From positions 1 through 57,917 of the IMG/VR virus record IMGVR_UViG_3300043409_000324: a stretch of DNA of 57,917 nucleotides, one strand, 5' to 3'. Within the stretch, counting starts at the first letter, position 1. Each line of letters opens with the position of its first letter. Origin of the DNA: a virus. Its lineage: Duplodnaviria > Caudoviricetes. The notes below the pieces were generated by a model that had not been told where the DNA came from, made no database searches, and saw only the letters and a list, made by a program, of their open reading frames with translations. This document shows, piece by piece, positions 18,435 through 27,991 of the stretch. The position numbers and the translations under genes were made by a program.

Positions 18435-20473
18435 TGTCCAAACAATACCCCGGCGGTTTAATTACCAAAACCCCTGTCGTGCCGACAAGTTTTTCTGCGC
18501 CCGGTATATGGAGTCTTAGCGACCAAGCCTATTGGCAGTCTCTTAATTCTTGGCCTTTTCCCCGTGACCCACAATTTAACTACGTCACCATGCTCTTGCA
18601 TGGAGATGGAACTAATGGCGCACAGAACAATACGTTCTTAGACTCATCCACAAACAACTTCACCATCACCCGCAACGGCAATACAACCCAAGGCACGTTT
18701 ACGCCTTATGGTAGTAATTGGTCAGCAAACTTTGCTTCTTCTTCAACTGATTATTTATCTGCGGCAAGCAATGCGGCTTTTGCTTTTGGTACTGGCGACT
18801 TTACGATGGAAGCGTTTGTATTTGCTACTGCAAGTCAAACAGATAACTGGATTATTGGTTTAGCAAATAATTGCTGGTTTAGAGTTGGCTCTGGCGGTGC
18901 TTTGGAGTTTTATAATGCAGTAACTTCAACAAGCACACTTGCAAGTTCTGCCATGCCCATAAATACATGGAATCATGTGGCTGTAGTAAGAAGTGGAACA
19001 GCTTTAACAATATATCAAAATGGTGTTTCTGTTGGTACTGCTACTGTATCAACAAATTTTAGTTCATCGGTTGCTTGCACTATCGGAAATCAAGTTGGTT
19101 ATGATAGGCGTTTTAATGGTTACATTTCTAACGCAAGGATTGTCAAGGGAACGGCAGTTTATACGGCGGCGTTCACACCAAGCACTACACCGCTTACCGC
19201 AATCACCAATACATCTTTGCTAACTTGTCAAAGTAACCGCTTTATTGACAACTCAAGCAATGCTTTTACGTTGACTGTTTCTGGCTCACCAAGCGTCCAA
19301 CGCTTCAGCCCATTTAGCCCTACAACTGCCTACTCCACAAGCGTGATTGGTGGCTCTGCCTATTTTGATGGAACTGCTGATAATCTCCAAACACCATCTA
19401 ATTCTGCGTTTAACTTTTCAGCCACAGATTGCACACTTGAGTTTTGGTACTACGGGGCAGGGTCAAGCGGTTTAGTTTTTGAGTTTGGTAGTTCAACGCC
19501 TGATACTGCGGCAATGCAATGTGAGTTTTCTAGTGGTACTTTGACGTTCAAACCAATTGGTGCAAGTAGTAGTTTCTTTGCTATTCAAAAAGATGCTTGG
19601 AATTACATAGCAGCAGTTAAGACAGGTACAACTTATTACCTGTATATCAACGGCACAAGAAACACATCGTCTACTGGTACTGCGGCATCAAGCAGTCAGA
19701 TTATTAACATTGGCGCAAGGAATGGCGGTTCAGTTGCACCGATTACTGGTTATCTTTCAGATTTCCGTGTGTCAAATACTGCAAGGTATACAGCCGCAAC
19801 AATGACTGTGCCAACAACGCCATCAACAGCAATTGCCAATACGCAGTTAATGCTGAACTACACCAACGCTGGCATCTTAGACAACGCCATGATGAACGAC
19901 TTAGAAACTGTGGGTAACGCACAGATTTCTACTAGCGTTAAGAAGTATGGTACTGGCTCAATGTATTTTGATGGTAGCGGTGATGGGTTAATTAGACCAG
20001 TTAGCCCCTTATTTGATTTTGGTAGTGGCTCATTTACTGTTGAATTTTGGGCTAATTGTGTAAGTACAAGTGGCTTTGGATTTTTTGTTAGTTGTTGGGA
20101 AGATTCTGGTGGTTCAGATGCCAATTCATCTTGGCTTATACGACTTAACAGTGGAACTGTTATTACTCACTTTATGCAAGGCACTGGTACTTTCAACACA
20201 TTGACATCAACATCAATAAGCACAAATACATGGTTTCATTTTGCTTGGGTTAAAAATGGCACAACACAAACAATGTACATTGATGGAACATCTGTAGCAT
20301 CTGGAACTGTAACTGGCTCAATGAATACAGCAGTAAGGTCATTAAGAGTTGGCTATCAAGGTGCGTCAACAAACTTTCTAAACGGCTACATAGACGACCT
20401 ACGCATCACCAAAGGCGTTGCTCGGTACACAGCTAACTTCACGGTTCCCGATCAGGCATTCCAATTAGGATAA
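18434..20473 (+). CDS. LamG/concanavalin A-like multi-domain receptor-binding protein
   Basis: Three repeats of DFTxEF/W...WxHxAxV...YxNG...GYIxxxR. Confidence 0.85.
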   Translation: MSKQYPGGLITKTPVVPTSFSAPGIWSLSDQAYWQSLNSWPFPRDPQFNYVTMLLHGDGTNGAQNNTFLDSSTNNFTITRNGNTTQGTFTPYGSNWSANFASSSTDYLSAASNAAFAFGTGDFTMEAFVFATASQTDNWIIGLANNCWFRVGSGGALEFYNAVTSTSTLASSAMPINTWNHVAVVRSGTALTIYQNGVSVGTATVSTNFSSSVACTIGNQVGYDRRFNGYISNARIVKGTAVYTAAFTPSTTPLTAITNTSLLTCQSNRFIDNSSNAFTLTVSGSPSVQRFSPFSPTTAYSTSVIGGSAYFDGTADNLQTPSNSAFNFSATDCTLEFWYYGAGSSGLVFEFGSSTPDTAAMQCEFSSGTLTFKPIGASSSFFAIQKDAWNYIAAVKTGTTYYLYINGTRNTSSTGTAASSSQIINIGARNGGSVAPITGYLSDFRVSNTARYTAATMTVPTTPSTAIANTQLMLNYTNAGILDNAMMNDLETVGNAQISTSVKKYGTGSMYFDGSGDGLIRPVSPLFDFGSGSFTVEFWANCVSTSGFGFFVSCWEDSGGSDANSSWLIRLNSGTVITHFMQGTGTFNTLTSTSISTNTWFHFAWVKNGTTQTMYIDGTSVASGTVTGSMNTAVRSLRVGYQGASTNFLNGYIDDLRITKGVARYTANFTVPDQAFQLG

Positions 20474-20506
20474 TCTGTTATAACTAATAACATATAAGGA
20501 CACACA

Positions 20507-21109
20507 ATGACTAAGGCAAGAACACTAGGAAACTTTGTTAGTAATGGTAATCCATTATCTGATGGAAGTTTAGCTGCTTCTGAAATAACAGGGTTGGCAA
20601 CAGTGGCTACAACAGGTAGTTATACTGATTTGACTAATGAGCCAACAGCTCCATCTGGAACTATTGTTGGTACAACAGATACACAGACATTAACAAACAA
20701 GACATTTAGTAATGACAAGATAGTAACTGCCAGAGAAACTATTACCATTTCAGCCACTGCTGCTACAGGTACTATTAACTATGATGTAGTTACACAAAGC
20801 ATTCTTTACTACACTACTAATGCTTCTGCAAACTTCACTATCAATGTTAGAGGAGATGGCTCTACAACATTGAACAGTATTATGAATACAGGAGAGTCTT
20901 TATCTTTTGTGTTCTTATCTACCAATGGTGCAACAGCTTATTACAACTCAGCTTTTCAAGTGGATGGTTCTGCTGTAACAGCTAAGTGGCAGGGAGGCAC
21001 TGCTCCTTCTACTGGCAATGCTAGTTCTATTGATGCCTATGTATACACTGTGATTAAGACAGGCAGTGCTGCATTCACTGTCTTAGCATCACAAACAAAG
21101 TTTGCTTAA
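20507..21109 (+). CDS. tail fibre-associated protein
   Basis: MTKARTL start, TQTLTNKT, KWQGGTAP...IDAY motifs. Confidence 0.75.
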   Translation: MTKARTLGNFVSNGNPLSDGSLAASEITGLATVATTGSYTDLTNEPTAPSGTIVGTTDTQTLTNKTFSNDKIVTARETITISATAATGTINYDVVTQSILYYTTNASANFTINVRGDGSTTLNSIMNTGESLSFVFLSTNGATAYYNSAFQVDGSAVTAKWQGGTAPSTGNASSIDAYVYTVIKTGSAAFTVLASQTKFA

Positions 21110-21118
21110 GGAATAGTT

Positions 21119-21937
21119 ATGCCATTGTTTAGTATAACAGCAGCAGCTACTTCTAAGGCATTTGGCTTTGCAGCTTCTACTGGCCCTAGAGGACAACAAG
21201 CTTATACAACAGCAGGTACATACACATGGGTAGCTCCTGTTGGTGTGACATCAGTTTCTGTAGTTTGCGTGGGTGCTGGCGGTGGTGATGCAGACGGAGA
21301 TGATACCGATGGCTCAGCTGGTGGTGGCTTATCTTACGCAAACAATTATGCAGTAACTGCAGGAGCTTCTTACACAGTTATTGTAGGAGCTGGCGGTTCT
21401 CAAAGCGCAGGTGGTGCTTCGTCTTTTAACGGCACTGGTGTCTTATTTGCTGGTGGCGGTCAGACCTCTATTAATGGCTCACCAGCTCCCGGTGGTACTG
21501 GAAGTGGTTCTGCTAGAACTGGTGGTGGTACTGGTGGTGCTGGAGGTGGACCTAACGGTAACCCAACTGGTGGTGGTGGTGGTGCTGCGGGCTATTCAGG
21601 TAATGGTGGTCAAGGTGGGTATGATGGCAACCCTGCCAAAGCTGGTGCAGGTGGCGGTGGTGCTGGTGGTAATAGACAAGGCCAATCAGGTGGCGGTGGC
21701 GGCGGTGGTGTTGGCATACTGGGTGAAGGTGCTAATGGCATACCCGGCAACGGGGGCGGTAGCGGAGGAGCAGACGGAACTAGTGCTGGGACTGCAGGTG
21801 GTAATGGCGGTGCTTATGGTGGTGGCGGTGGAAGTGCAAACGGTGGCACAGGTGGGCGTGGTGCAGTAGGTGCTGTGCGTATTATCTGGGGATCAGGTAG
21901 ATTTTTTCCATCTACTAACACAGGAGATGTTGTCTAA
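21119..21937 (+). CDS. glycine-rich domain tail protein
   Basis: AGTYTWVAPxGVTSVSVVCVGAGG...GAVRIIWG. Confidence 0.8.
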   Translation: MPLFSITAAATSKAFGFAASTGPRGQQAYTTAGTYTWVAPVGVTSVSVVCVGAGGGDADGDDTDGSAGGGLSYANNYAVTAGASYTVIVGAGGSQSAGGASSFNGTGVLFAGGGQTSINGSPAPGGTGSGSARTGGGTGGAGGGPNGNPTGGGGGAAGYSGNGGQGGYDGNPAKAGAGGGGAGGNRQGQSGGGGGGGVGILGEGANGIPGNGGGSGGADGTSAGTAGGNGGAYGGGGGSANGGTGGRGAVGAVRIIWGSGRFFPSTNTGDVV

Positions 21938-22341
21938 TGAAACTCTACATAAAAATTAAAGATGGTGTTCCTTTTGAACATCCTATTATGGAAGAGAATT
22001 TTGTTCAAGCTTTTACTAGTATAGATATTAACAACTTACCAGAAGAATGGTCTGTTTTTGAAAGAGTAGCTGCACCAACTGTAGGTCCATATGAATTGAT
22101 TGAATCTTGCTCATATCAAATTGTAGAGGGTGTAGTTAAAGATGTCTGGGTTACTAGAGACATGACTACAGAAGAAAAACTAGAACAACAAAACAAGGTT
22201 AAGAGCAGGTGGAGGGGGGTCAGACTTGCTTCATGGATATTTGATGAAGCCACTTGTGCTTTTAAACCACCAGTAGCTATGCCAACAGATGGCAAAGAAT
22301 ATAAATGGGATGAACCAACAACATCTTGGATTGAAATATGA
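21937..22341 (+). CDS. tail fibre assembly-like protein
   Basis: C-terminal SWIFDE..C....PVAMP.DG..Y.WDE...SW. Confidence 0.65.
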   Translation: MKLYIKIKDGVPFEHPIMEENFVQAFTSIDINNLPEEWSVFERVAAPTVGPYELIESCSYQIVEGVVKDVWVTRDMTTEEKLEQQNKVKSRWRGVRLASWIFDEATCAFKPPVAMPTDGKEYKWDEPTTSWIEI

Positions 22342-22565
22342 AGCAAGAAATAAGTCACGAACAAATCTATGAACGCTTGTGTGCTGTAGAAGCCAAGGTA
22401 GATACCCTAGACGCAAACACTAAGATTGTTGTTGCAGCTTTCACAGCAGCCTCTGGTGCATTCACTATACTGGAATGGCTTGCTAAGGCCGTTAAACCTT
22501 TGATAGTCATTGGTGCTTTCTTCGGTGCTATATGGCTGGCTATAGAAAACAAGCTACATCAGTAG
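22338..22565 (+). CDS. membrane protein, possible holin
   Basis: Coiled N-terminus, C-terminal hydrophobic helix. Confidence 0.55.
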   Translation: MKQEISHEQIYERLCAVEAKVDTLDANTKIVVAAFTAASGAFTILEWLAKAVKPLIVIGAFFGAIWLAIENKLHQ

Positions 22566-22696
22566 TATTAATATTTTTATTATCTTTTCCTGTTGTGTCC
22601 AAGGAGGAAAAGTATAGATGTGTTCGTTGGGCATGGACTGGAGATGTATACAACAGGAAGGTTGTATGTCTTGAATGGAAAAGAGTTGAGCGATGA
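22532..22696 (+). CDS. small exported peptide with Cys pair
   Basis: Not in ORF track. 54 aa MAGYRKQATSVVLIFLLSFPVVSKEEKYRCVRWAWTGDVYNRKVVCLEWKRVER; fills the gap and has ATGA overlap with the next gene. Confidence 0.55.
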   Translation: MAGYRKQATSVVLIFLLSFPVVSKEEKYRCVRWAWTGDVYNRKVVCLEWKRVER

Positions 22697-23187
22697 TTGA
22701 TCCCCTCACCGCACTAGCTGGAATACAGAACGCAATCAGCATGGTCAAGAAGGCTAGCAAGGTTGCCAATGACTTAGGCTCTCTTGCCCCAATGATTGGG
22801 AAGATGTTTGATGCCAAGAGCACAGCTACCAAGGCATTGATTGATGCGAAGAAGGGCAAAGGTTCCAACATGGGAACTGCTCTTCAGATTGAGATGGCAC
22901 TTGAGCAAGCAAGAGCATTTGAAGAAGAACTCAAGATGCTCTTTATGACAACAGGTAAGGTTGACGTTTGGAACAAGATTAAAGCCCGTCAAGACCAGAT
23001 GGACATAGATGATGCTAGAGAACTCAGGTCTTTAGAAAAGGCAGAGAAGAAGGCTAAACAAGAAGAAGAAGAAATGCAACAGCTTGCCATCGTCATTGGT
23101 GGTGTTGCTTTTGTTTTGTTCTTGGTTGGAATTGGTATTTATGAGTTGATGGAATTCTGTGAAACCACCAGAAGGTGTGGACGGTGA
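22693..23187 (+). CDS. membrane-anchored coiled-coil protein
   Basis: MIDPLTAL start, C-terminal TM helix. Confidence 0.75.
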   Translation: MIDPLTALAGIQNAISMVKKASKVANDLGSLAPMIGKMFDAKSTATKALIDAKKGKGSNMGTALQIEMALEQARAFEEELKMLFMTTGKVDVWNKIKARQDQMDIDDARELRSLEKAEKKAKQEEEEMQQLAIVIGGVAFVLFLVGIGIYELMEFCETTRRCGR

Positions 23188-23339
23188 ATGAATACCAGAA
23201 GACCTTTGATCTTTGCTTAAAGATATTTGTTTATGGGTGTGTCGCTTTGTGGTTTCTTGGTTTCTTAAAGTTTTTGCCTGATGACTTGTCAGACAAGATT
23301 GTTAATCTTCTACTTGGAAGGGTTGGATTGGGCAAATGA
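23184..23339 (+). CDS. small membrane protein
   Basis: Not in ORF track. GTG start, 51 aa MNEYQKTFDLCLKIFVYGCVALWFLGFLKFLPDDLSDKIVNLLLGRVGLGK, coupled at both ends. Confidence 0.6.
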   Translation: MNEYQKTFDLCLKIFVYGCVALWFLGFLKFLPDDLSDKIVNLLLGRVGLGK

Positions 23340-23497
23340 AAGTAACACCATATCAACACAATGCAAACATGCTTCGTGAATATCAAAGAGTTATTCATCA
23401 GCAAAACTTAAAAGAACTTGAGAAGCTAAACCACCAACGCCAAGAGAAGATTAAAGCTCAGTGGGTAAAAGCAAATTCTGTGGATGTAATGGTATGA
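23336..23497 (+). CDS. small hypothetical protein
   Basis: Not in ORF track. 53 aa MKVTPYQ...NSVDVMV; ATGA overlaps at both ends. Confidence 0.6.
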   Translation: MKVTPYQHNANMLREYQRVIHQQNLKELEKLNHQRQEKIKAQWVKANSVDVMV

Positions 23498-23721
23498 AAT
23501 ATTTATTATTGTTATTGCTGCTCACTGGGTGTGAAGACAGGTACAGATACTTCTGTCAAAACCCTGACAACTTTCATGCTGAGCAATGTCAAAAACCTAG
23601 ATGTCAATTCACACAGACATGCCCTGAGTATTTAGTTGCACCTATATTGGAGAAACAAATTGATAGAACTGCTAACAAAAATGATGACACCAAGCCAGCC
23701 AAAACCAAAGCTGACAACTGA
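23494..23721 (+). CDS. Cys-rich lipoprotein
   Basis: MKYLLLLLLLTG-C lipobox plus four further Cys. Confidence 0.75.
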   Translation: MKYLLLLLLLTGCEDRYRYFCQNPDNFHAEQCQKPRCQFTQTCPEYLVAPILEKQIDRTANKNDDTKPAKTKADN

Positions 23722-24190
23722 AGAGTTTGAGGTTAGGGTTTGGGGATTTGTAGTGGTGGCTATTACAGTCATCCTATTTGGCATTGTGTTTGCCTTATTG
23801 TATTCCGTCACCTTTGTGACACAGCCCATCAAGAGCATGGCTCCTATTGATCAAGCATATACCAAAATGCTTAATGATATAGTATTACTTATTGTAGGTG
23901 GTATTGGTGGTATTGTAGGTAAGAGGGCTGTTAACTCAGCACAGAATGCTTTTAAACCACCACAGCCTCCTATGATGCAGCAATGTGGTGGTGGCTATGG
24001 TAGTAGCTATGCTCCCCCACAGTCGGCCTATGGCCTACCTTCACAGCCTTTTGGTGCTATGCCTGTATGGAAGAACCCAGAGCTGGATGAAAGCTGGACT
24101 CCCGGTCCTCCACCAACAACACCTCCAGAACACATGGAGCCTGATGAGGACAGAGAAGAGATAGCAGCAGCTAGAAAAGAGGTGGACTAA
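23660..24190 (+). CDS. two-TM membrane protein with Pro-rich tail (holin-like)
   Basis: GGAG 7 nt before in-frame TTG; two hydrophobic segments. Confidence 0.65.
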   Translation: MIELLTKMMTPSQPKPKLTTEEFEVRVWGFVVVAITVILFGIVFALLYSVTFVTQPIKSMAPIDQAYTKMLNDIVLLIVGGIGGIVGKRAVNSAQNAFKPPQPPMMQQCGGGYGSSYAPPQSAYGLPSQPFGAMPVWKNPELDESWTPGPPPTTPPEHMEPDEDREEIAAARKEVD

Positions 24191-24660
24191 TGTTTCCTAT
24201 ACCACTTCCTTGGCTAATCATTGGTGCAATAGTTGCACTATTTGGTTCATATCAAACTGGTCATCATTACGGCTGGCTTGAGCGTGACGCTGATATGCAA
24301 GCAGAGATAGCTAAGAAGAATGAAGAAGCCCGTGAGATAGAGAAGAACATGACTATTAAACTTGCTGATAAAGAAACAGCATTAAGAAAGGCAAAGAATG
24401 AAATATCTAAAAAGCAAACTGCTATGCATGAGCTTGCTAACACTGGCAGGTTGCGCCTCCCCACCACCAGTTGTGTACAAACCAGCACAAGTTCCTCCCC
24501 TACCACAGGAGATAGCAGAGCCGATGCAAGCGAACTTGAGCGACAGACTATTGCAACTCTTATCGACATCGTTGCCGAAGGAGACAAAGCCATCGTCAAA
24601 CACGCAGCCTGTGTTACAGCCTACAACGAAATGAGGGAGTTGGTCAATGGTAAACGCTGA
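24190..24660 (+). CDS. inner-membrane spanin (Rz-like)
   Basis: N-terminal TM, periplasmic coiled coil, embedded lipoprotein gene, adjacent endolysin. Confidence 0.85.
   Translation: MFPIPLPWLIIGAIVALFGSYQTGHHYGWLERDADMQAEIAKKNEEAREIEKNMTIKLADKETALRKAKNEISKKQTAMHELANTGRLRLPTTSCVQTSTSSSPTTGDSRADASELERQTIATLIDIVAEGDKAIVKHAACVTAYNEMRELVNGKR
24398..24634 (+). CDS. outer-membrane spanin (Rz1-like), embedded in +1 frame
   Basis: LLTLAG-C lipobox and Pro-rich mature part, wholly inside the Rz-like gene. Confidence 0.85.
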   Translation: MKYLKSKLLCMSLLTLAGCASPPPVVYKPAQVPPLPQEIAEPMQANLSDRLLQLLSTSLPKETKPSSNTQPVLQPTTK

Positions 24661-25261
24661 ACAATTAAGACAACTTAAGATTGATCCATCTTTGGCAGAT
24701 CCTTTTAATGAAACCTTTCAGAGGTTTGGTATTGTTACACCAGCACAACAGGCTTCATGGATTGGTCAATGTGGTCATGAGTGTGGCAACTTCCGTATCA
24801 TGGAAGAAAACCTGAACTATCGTGCTCCTACCTTGCTTAAGCTATTCCCTCAGCATCCTAAGCGAGTCTGGGGATTCACACCTGAGAGTGCAGCAGCTTA
24901 TGAGAAGCAGCCACAGAAGATTGCCAATAGGATTTATGGCAATCGTATGGGTAATAGGGATGAGGCTAGTGGGGATGGGTTCAGGTTCCGTGGCTCCGGC
25001 TTTCTCCAGCTAACTGGCATGAACAACTTCTTCCATGCAGGACAAGCCTTGGGCGTAGACTTCATTATGCAGCCTGAGCTGGTTCGTACACCTATGTACG
25101 CTGCTCAAACTGCTGGCTGGTTCTGGCAGACTCATAGGCTTAATCAGTATGCTGATAGTGGTGACATTCTTACCATGACAAAGCGTATTAATGGTGGCAC
25201 AATAGGACTTGAAGATCGTAAGAAGCATATCGAACATGCCTTACATGTACTAGGTGGTTGA
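24647..25261 (+). CDS. endolysin, glycoside hydrolase family 19
   Basis: QCGHECG, EENLNY, FRGSGFLQLTG, TKRINGG...GLEDR motifs. Confidence 0.92.
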   Translation: MVNAEQLRQLKIDPSLADPFNETFQRFGIVTPAQQASWIGQCGHECGNFRIMEENLNYRAPTLLKLFPQHPKRVWGFTPESAAAYEKQPQKIANRIYGNRMGNRDEASGDGFRFRGSGFLQLTGMNNFFHAGQALGVDFIMQPELVRTPMYAAQTAGWFWQTHRLNQYADSGDILTMTKRINGGTIGLEDRKKHIEHALHVLGG

Positions 25262-25286
25262 CTAAGCCAACTATTTGTGGTATGAC
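25258..25286 (+). promoter_or_regulatory. promoter-like site before ejection-protein cluster
   Basis: TTGACT-N17-TATGAC. Confidence 0.45.
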
Positions 25287-25304
25287 AAGGTATAAAGATA
25301 TATA

Positions 25305-25616
25305 ATGCAACTACCCGCTTCTCTCAATATCGTTGGCAGAGAAGTGCCAATAATTGTAGTTGACGTATTCCCTGAGCAGCTTGGAGAATACAACTATGAC
25401 GATTATTCAATTAAAATAAAGTCTGGTCAGCACCCCTTAGCGGAGGCAGATACATTGTTACATGAATGTATACACGCTATAGACGACTGCTTCCAATTAA
25501 AAATGTCAGAAAGACAGGTGTATTGTTTAGCTGTTGGAGTGATAGCACTCCTTAGAGATAACAAAGATATGCTTGACTATTTAACTGAAGCAATAGAGAA
25601 ACCAAGAAACATATGA
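25305..25616 (+). CDS. small HExxH metallopeptidase-like protein
   Basis: DTLLHECIHAI...E motif. Confidence 0.7.
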   Translation: MQLPASLNIVGREVPIIVVDVFPEQLGEYNYDDYSIKIKSGQHPLAEADTLLHECIHAIDDCFQLKMSERQVYCLAVGVIALLRDNKDMLDYLTEAIEKPRNI

Positions 25617-27991
25617 AAGATTTTACATCCCAACAAAGAGAAGTTGTAGCCCGAAAGATTGGCTACGATGGTCCTATGCAGGGCTTTGATGAGTTTCTCT
25701 CATCCTCTCCTTCTTTGGCTATGAAGTATGCAACCATCACTGGCAAGTTTGCTGAGCGAATGGCTAAGGGTGGCTTGGTTAAAATGAAGAAGTATGCTGC
25801 TGGTGGTATTGTCATTCCTAAAGACCTCACTACACCAGAACAGAAGGCTGACTTCTATAATTCACAGATAGCTGCAGGTAAAACAAATGAAGAGATTAGA
25901 ACTGCTGCTGGTACACAATCTGATGCTGATTGGAACTACCTAACAAACCTAGCAGCCAGTAGACCAAAGACAACCAGTGCTGGTGGCATCACTGTATCAG
26001 CAGATGTCAAAGCTGGTACTGCTGATCAGAAAGGTTCTTTCTATAACACACAGCTAACTGCTGGTAAAACAGATGAAGAAATTAGAGCTGCTTCAGGAAC
26101 ACAAACAGAAGCAGACTGGCAAGCCCTACAAAACATTGCTCGTACACAAAGAGAAACTACTGGTGCTGTAACTGGTGGTGGTGATGTTACCTTCACTGAT
26201 GTTGGTGGTAAGCCACAGGCAGGTGAAGCTGCTCAAGTAACTGCTCAGAAGATTGCTACTAATGCAGGGCAGAACATTGACACTGCTGCAAGAGCAGATG
26301 AAATAGCAACCACTGTTACACCTGAGGCAGATATTACTGCAGACACCACTGCTGCTCCCGGAACCGCAAAAGCAGACACATATGGAGCCACACAAACTGC
26401 TGAAGACACAGCCAAACTTCTTAAAGGAGTTAAAGCAATTACGGGAACTGTAGATAAAGAGAGTCAAGTGGCTGCTCAGACAATGGAGGTTACTAGCTCA
26501 GCATTAAATAATTTAAAAGCTGCTCAAGGAGATGCAACCCTCATTACAAAAGGAGGCGTTCCTACCCTACCTTCTGGGTGGAAAGAGTTTAATGCAGAGC
26601 AAAAGATTGCTTGGTTCAATCAGAACAATGTTTCAGAACAAGGATTGTTAGCAGCAGGGGCTGCTAAATCAGATATTGATTTCATGAAAGCTAACGGTCT
26701 TAAAGAACCAGTATCAACAGAACGAACAATAAAAGAAGATGAAAAGATTTCATCCGGTGTTGATACGGTTAAAGCTGCTGAAGCTGTAGCTTCCACAGAA
26801 AAAGCTGCTGCTCAAGGAACAGTGACAGAAGAGATGACTGTTCAAGGTCAGTTGAATAAACTGATGAAAGATTTTGATTCAGGTAATCCACCACCTTGGG
26901 CTGCTGCTAACCTGCGTAATGTCACTGCTGTACTTGCAGCCAGAGGTCTTGGTGCTTCTAGCTTAGCGGGTCAAGCTTTAATTCAAGCAACTCTTGAATC
27001 TGCTTTGCCTATTGCTTCTGCTGATGCACAAGCTAATCAAGCAATGGCTGCACAGAATCTTTCTAACAAACAACAAACTGCTGTGCTTGCTGCACAACAA
27101 CGTGCTGCTTTCTTAGGGCAAGAGTTTGATCAAGCCTTCCAGTCTAAAGTTACTAACGCTGCTAGAGTGTCTGATATTGCTAACATGAACTTCTCTGCTC
27201 AACAGCAGATTGTTCTTGAGAATGCTAGAGCAGCACAGACAATGAATCTGGCTAACATGAGTAATCAACAAGCATTGGTAATGGCTAATGCTGCACAGAT
27301 GGCTTCACTTGAGACAGCCAACTTAAGTAATAAACAACAAGCTGCTGTTGTTAATGCTCAGGCATTCTTGCAGATGGATATGCAGAACTTGAGCAACCAA
27401 CAACAAACTGTATTGTTTAAGACACAGCAGATGACTCAGTCTTTATTATCTGATGCTGCTTCTTCTAATGCTGCTAAGCAATTCAACGCAGCCAGTACAA
27501 CTCAGGTTGATCAATTTAATAACACACTGTCTGCACAAGTTGGTCAATTTAATTCTTCACAGAAGAATGCTATTGCTCAGTTTAATGTAGACCAAGAGAA
27601 TGCTCTTAAGAAGTTTAATGCTGAATCACAGAACCAACGTGAAGTGTTTAATGCACAACAACGATTGGTGATTGATCAGTCTAATGCTCAGTGGCAGAGA
27701 GAAATCTCTACAGCCAACACAGCAGCTACCAATGCTGCTAACATGGTGAATGCTCAAATGTCACAGCAGATGACACTGACAGAATATAATAATGAGATAC
27801 AGATGTATCGTGACAGTGTTACACATGCTTGGCAGTCTGCTGAGAACGATGCTAACAGAGCAACTACATTAGCTGCTTCTGAAATTTCTGCTGCTGCTGC
27901 TATCACTGGTGCTGAAATTAAAGCAGATGGCGAGTCTTCAGCAGCCATTGGTGGGTTTATTGGAAGAGTATTATTTGGTGCTATAAAATGA
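25613..27991 (+). CDS. internal virion/ejection protein (Gln/Asn/Ala-rich)
   Basis: 792 aa helical, repeated NL.N.QQ and QFN motifs; position before the giant protein. Confidence 0.75.
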   Translation: MKDFTSQQREVVARKIGYDGPMQGFDEFLSSSPSLAMKYATITGKFAERMAKGGLVKMKKYAAGGIVIPKDLTTPEQKADFYNSQIAAGKTNEEIRTAAGTQSDADWNYLTNLAASRPKTTSAGGITVSADVKAGTADQKGSFYNTQLTAGKTDEEIRAASGTQTEADWQALQNIARTQRETTGAVTGGGDVTFTDVGGKPQAGEAAQVTAQKIATNAGQNIDTAARADEIATTVTPEADITADTTAAPGTAKADTYGATQTAEDTAKLLKGVKAITGTVDKESQVAAQTMEVTSSALNNLKAAQGDATLITKGGVPTLPSGWKEFNAEQKIAWFNQNNVSEQGLLAAGAAKSDIDFMKANGLKEPVSTERTIKEDEKISSGVDTVKAAEAVASTEKAAAQGTVTEEMTVQGQLNKLMKDFDSGNPPPWAAANLRNVTAVLAARGLGASSLAGQALIQATLESALPIASADAQANQAMAAQNLSNKQQTAVLAAQQRAAFLGQEFDQAFQSKVTNAARVSDIANMNFSAQQQIVLENARAAQTMNLANMSNQQALVMANAAQMASLETANLSNKQQAAVVNAQAFLQMDMQNLSNQQQTVLFKTQQMTQSLLSDAASSNAAKQFNAASTTQVDQFNNTLSAQVGQFNSSQKNAIAQFNVDQENALKKFNAESQNQREVFNAQQRLVIDQSNAQWQREISTANTAATNAANMVNAQMSQQMTLTEYNNEIQMYRDSVTHAWQSAENDANRATTLAASEISAAAAITGAEIKADGESSAAIGGFIGRVLFGAIK

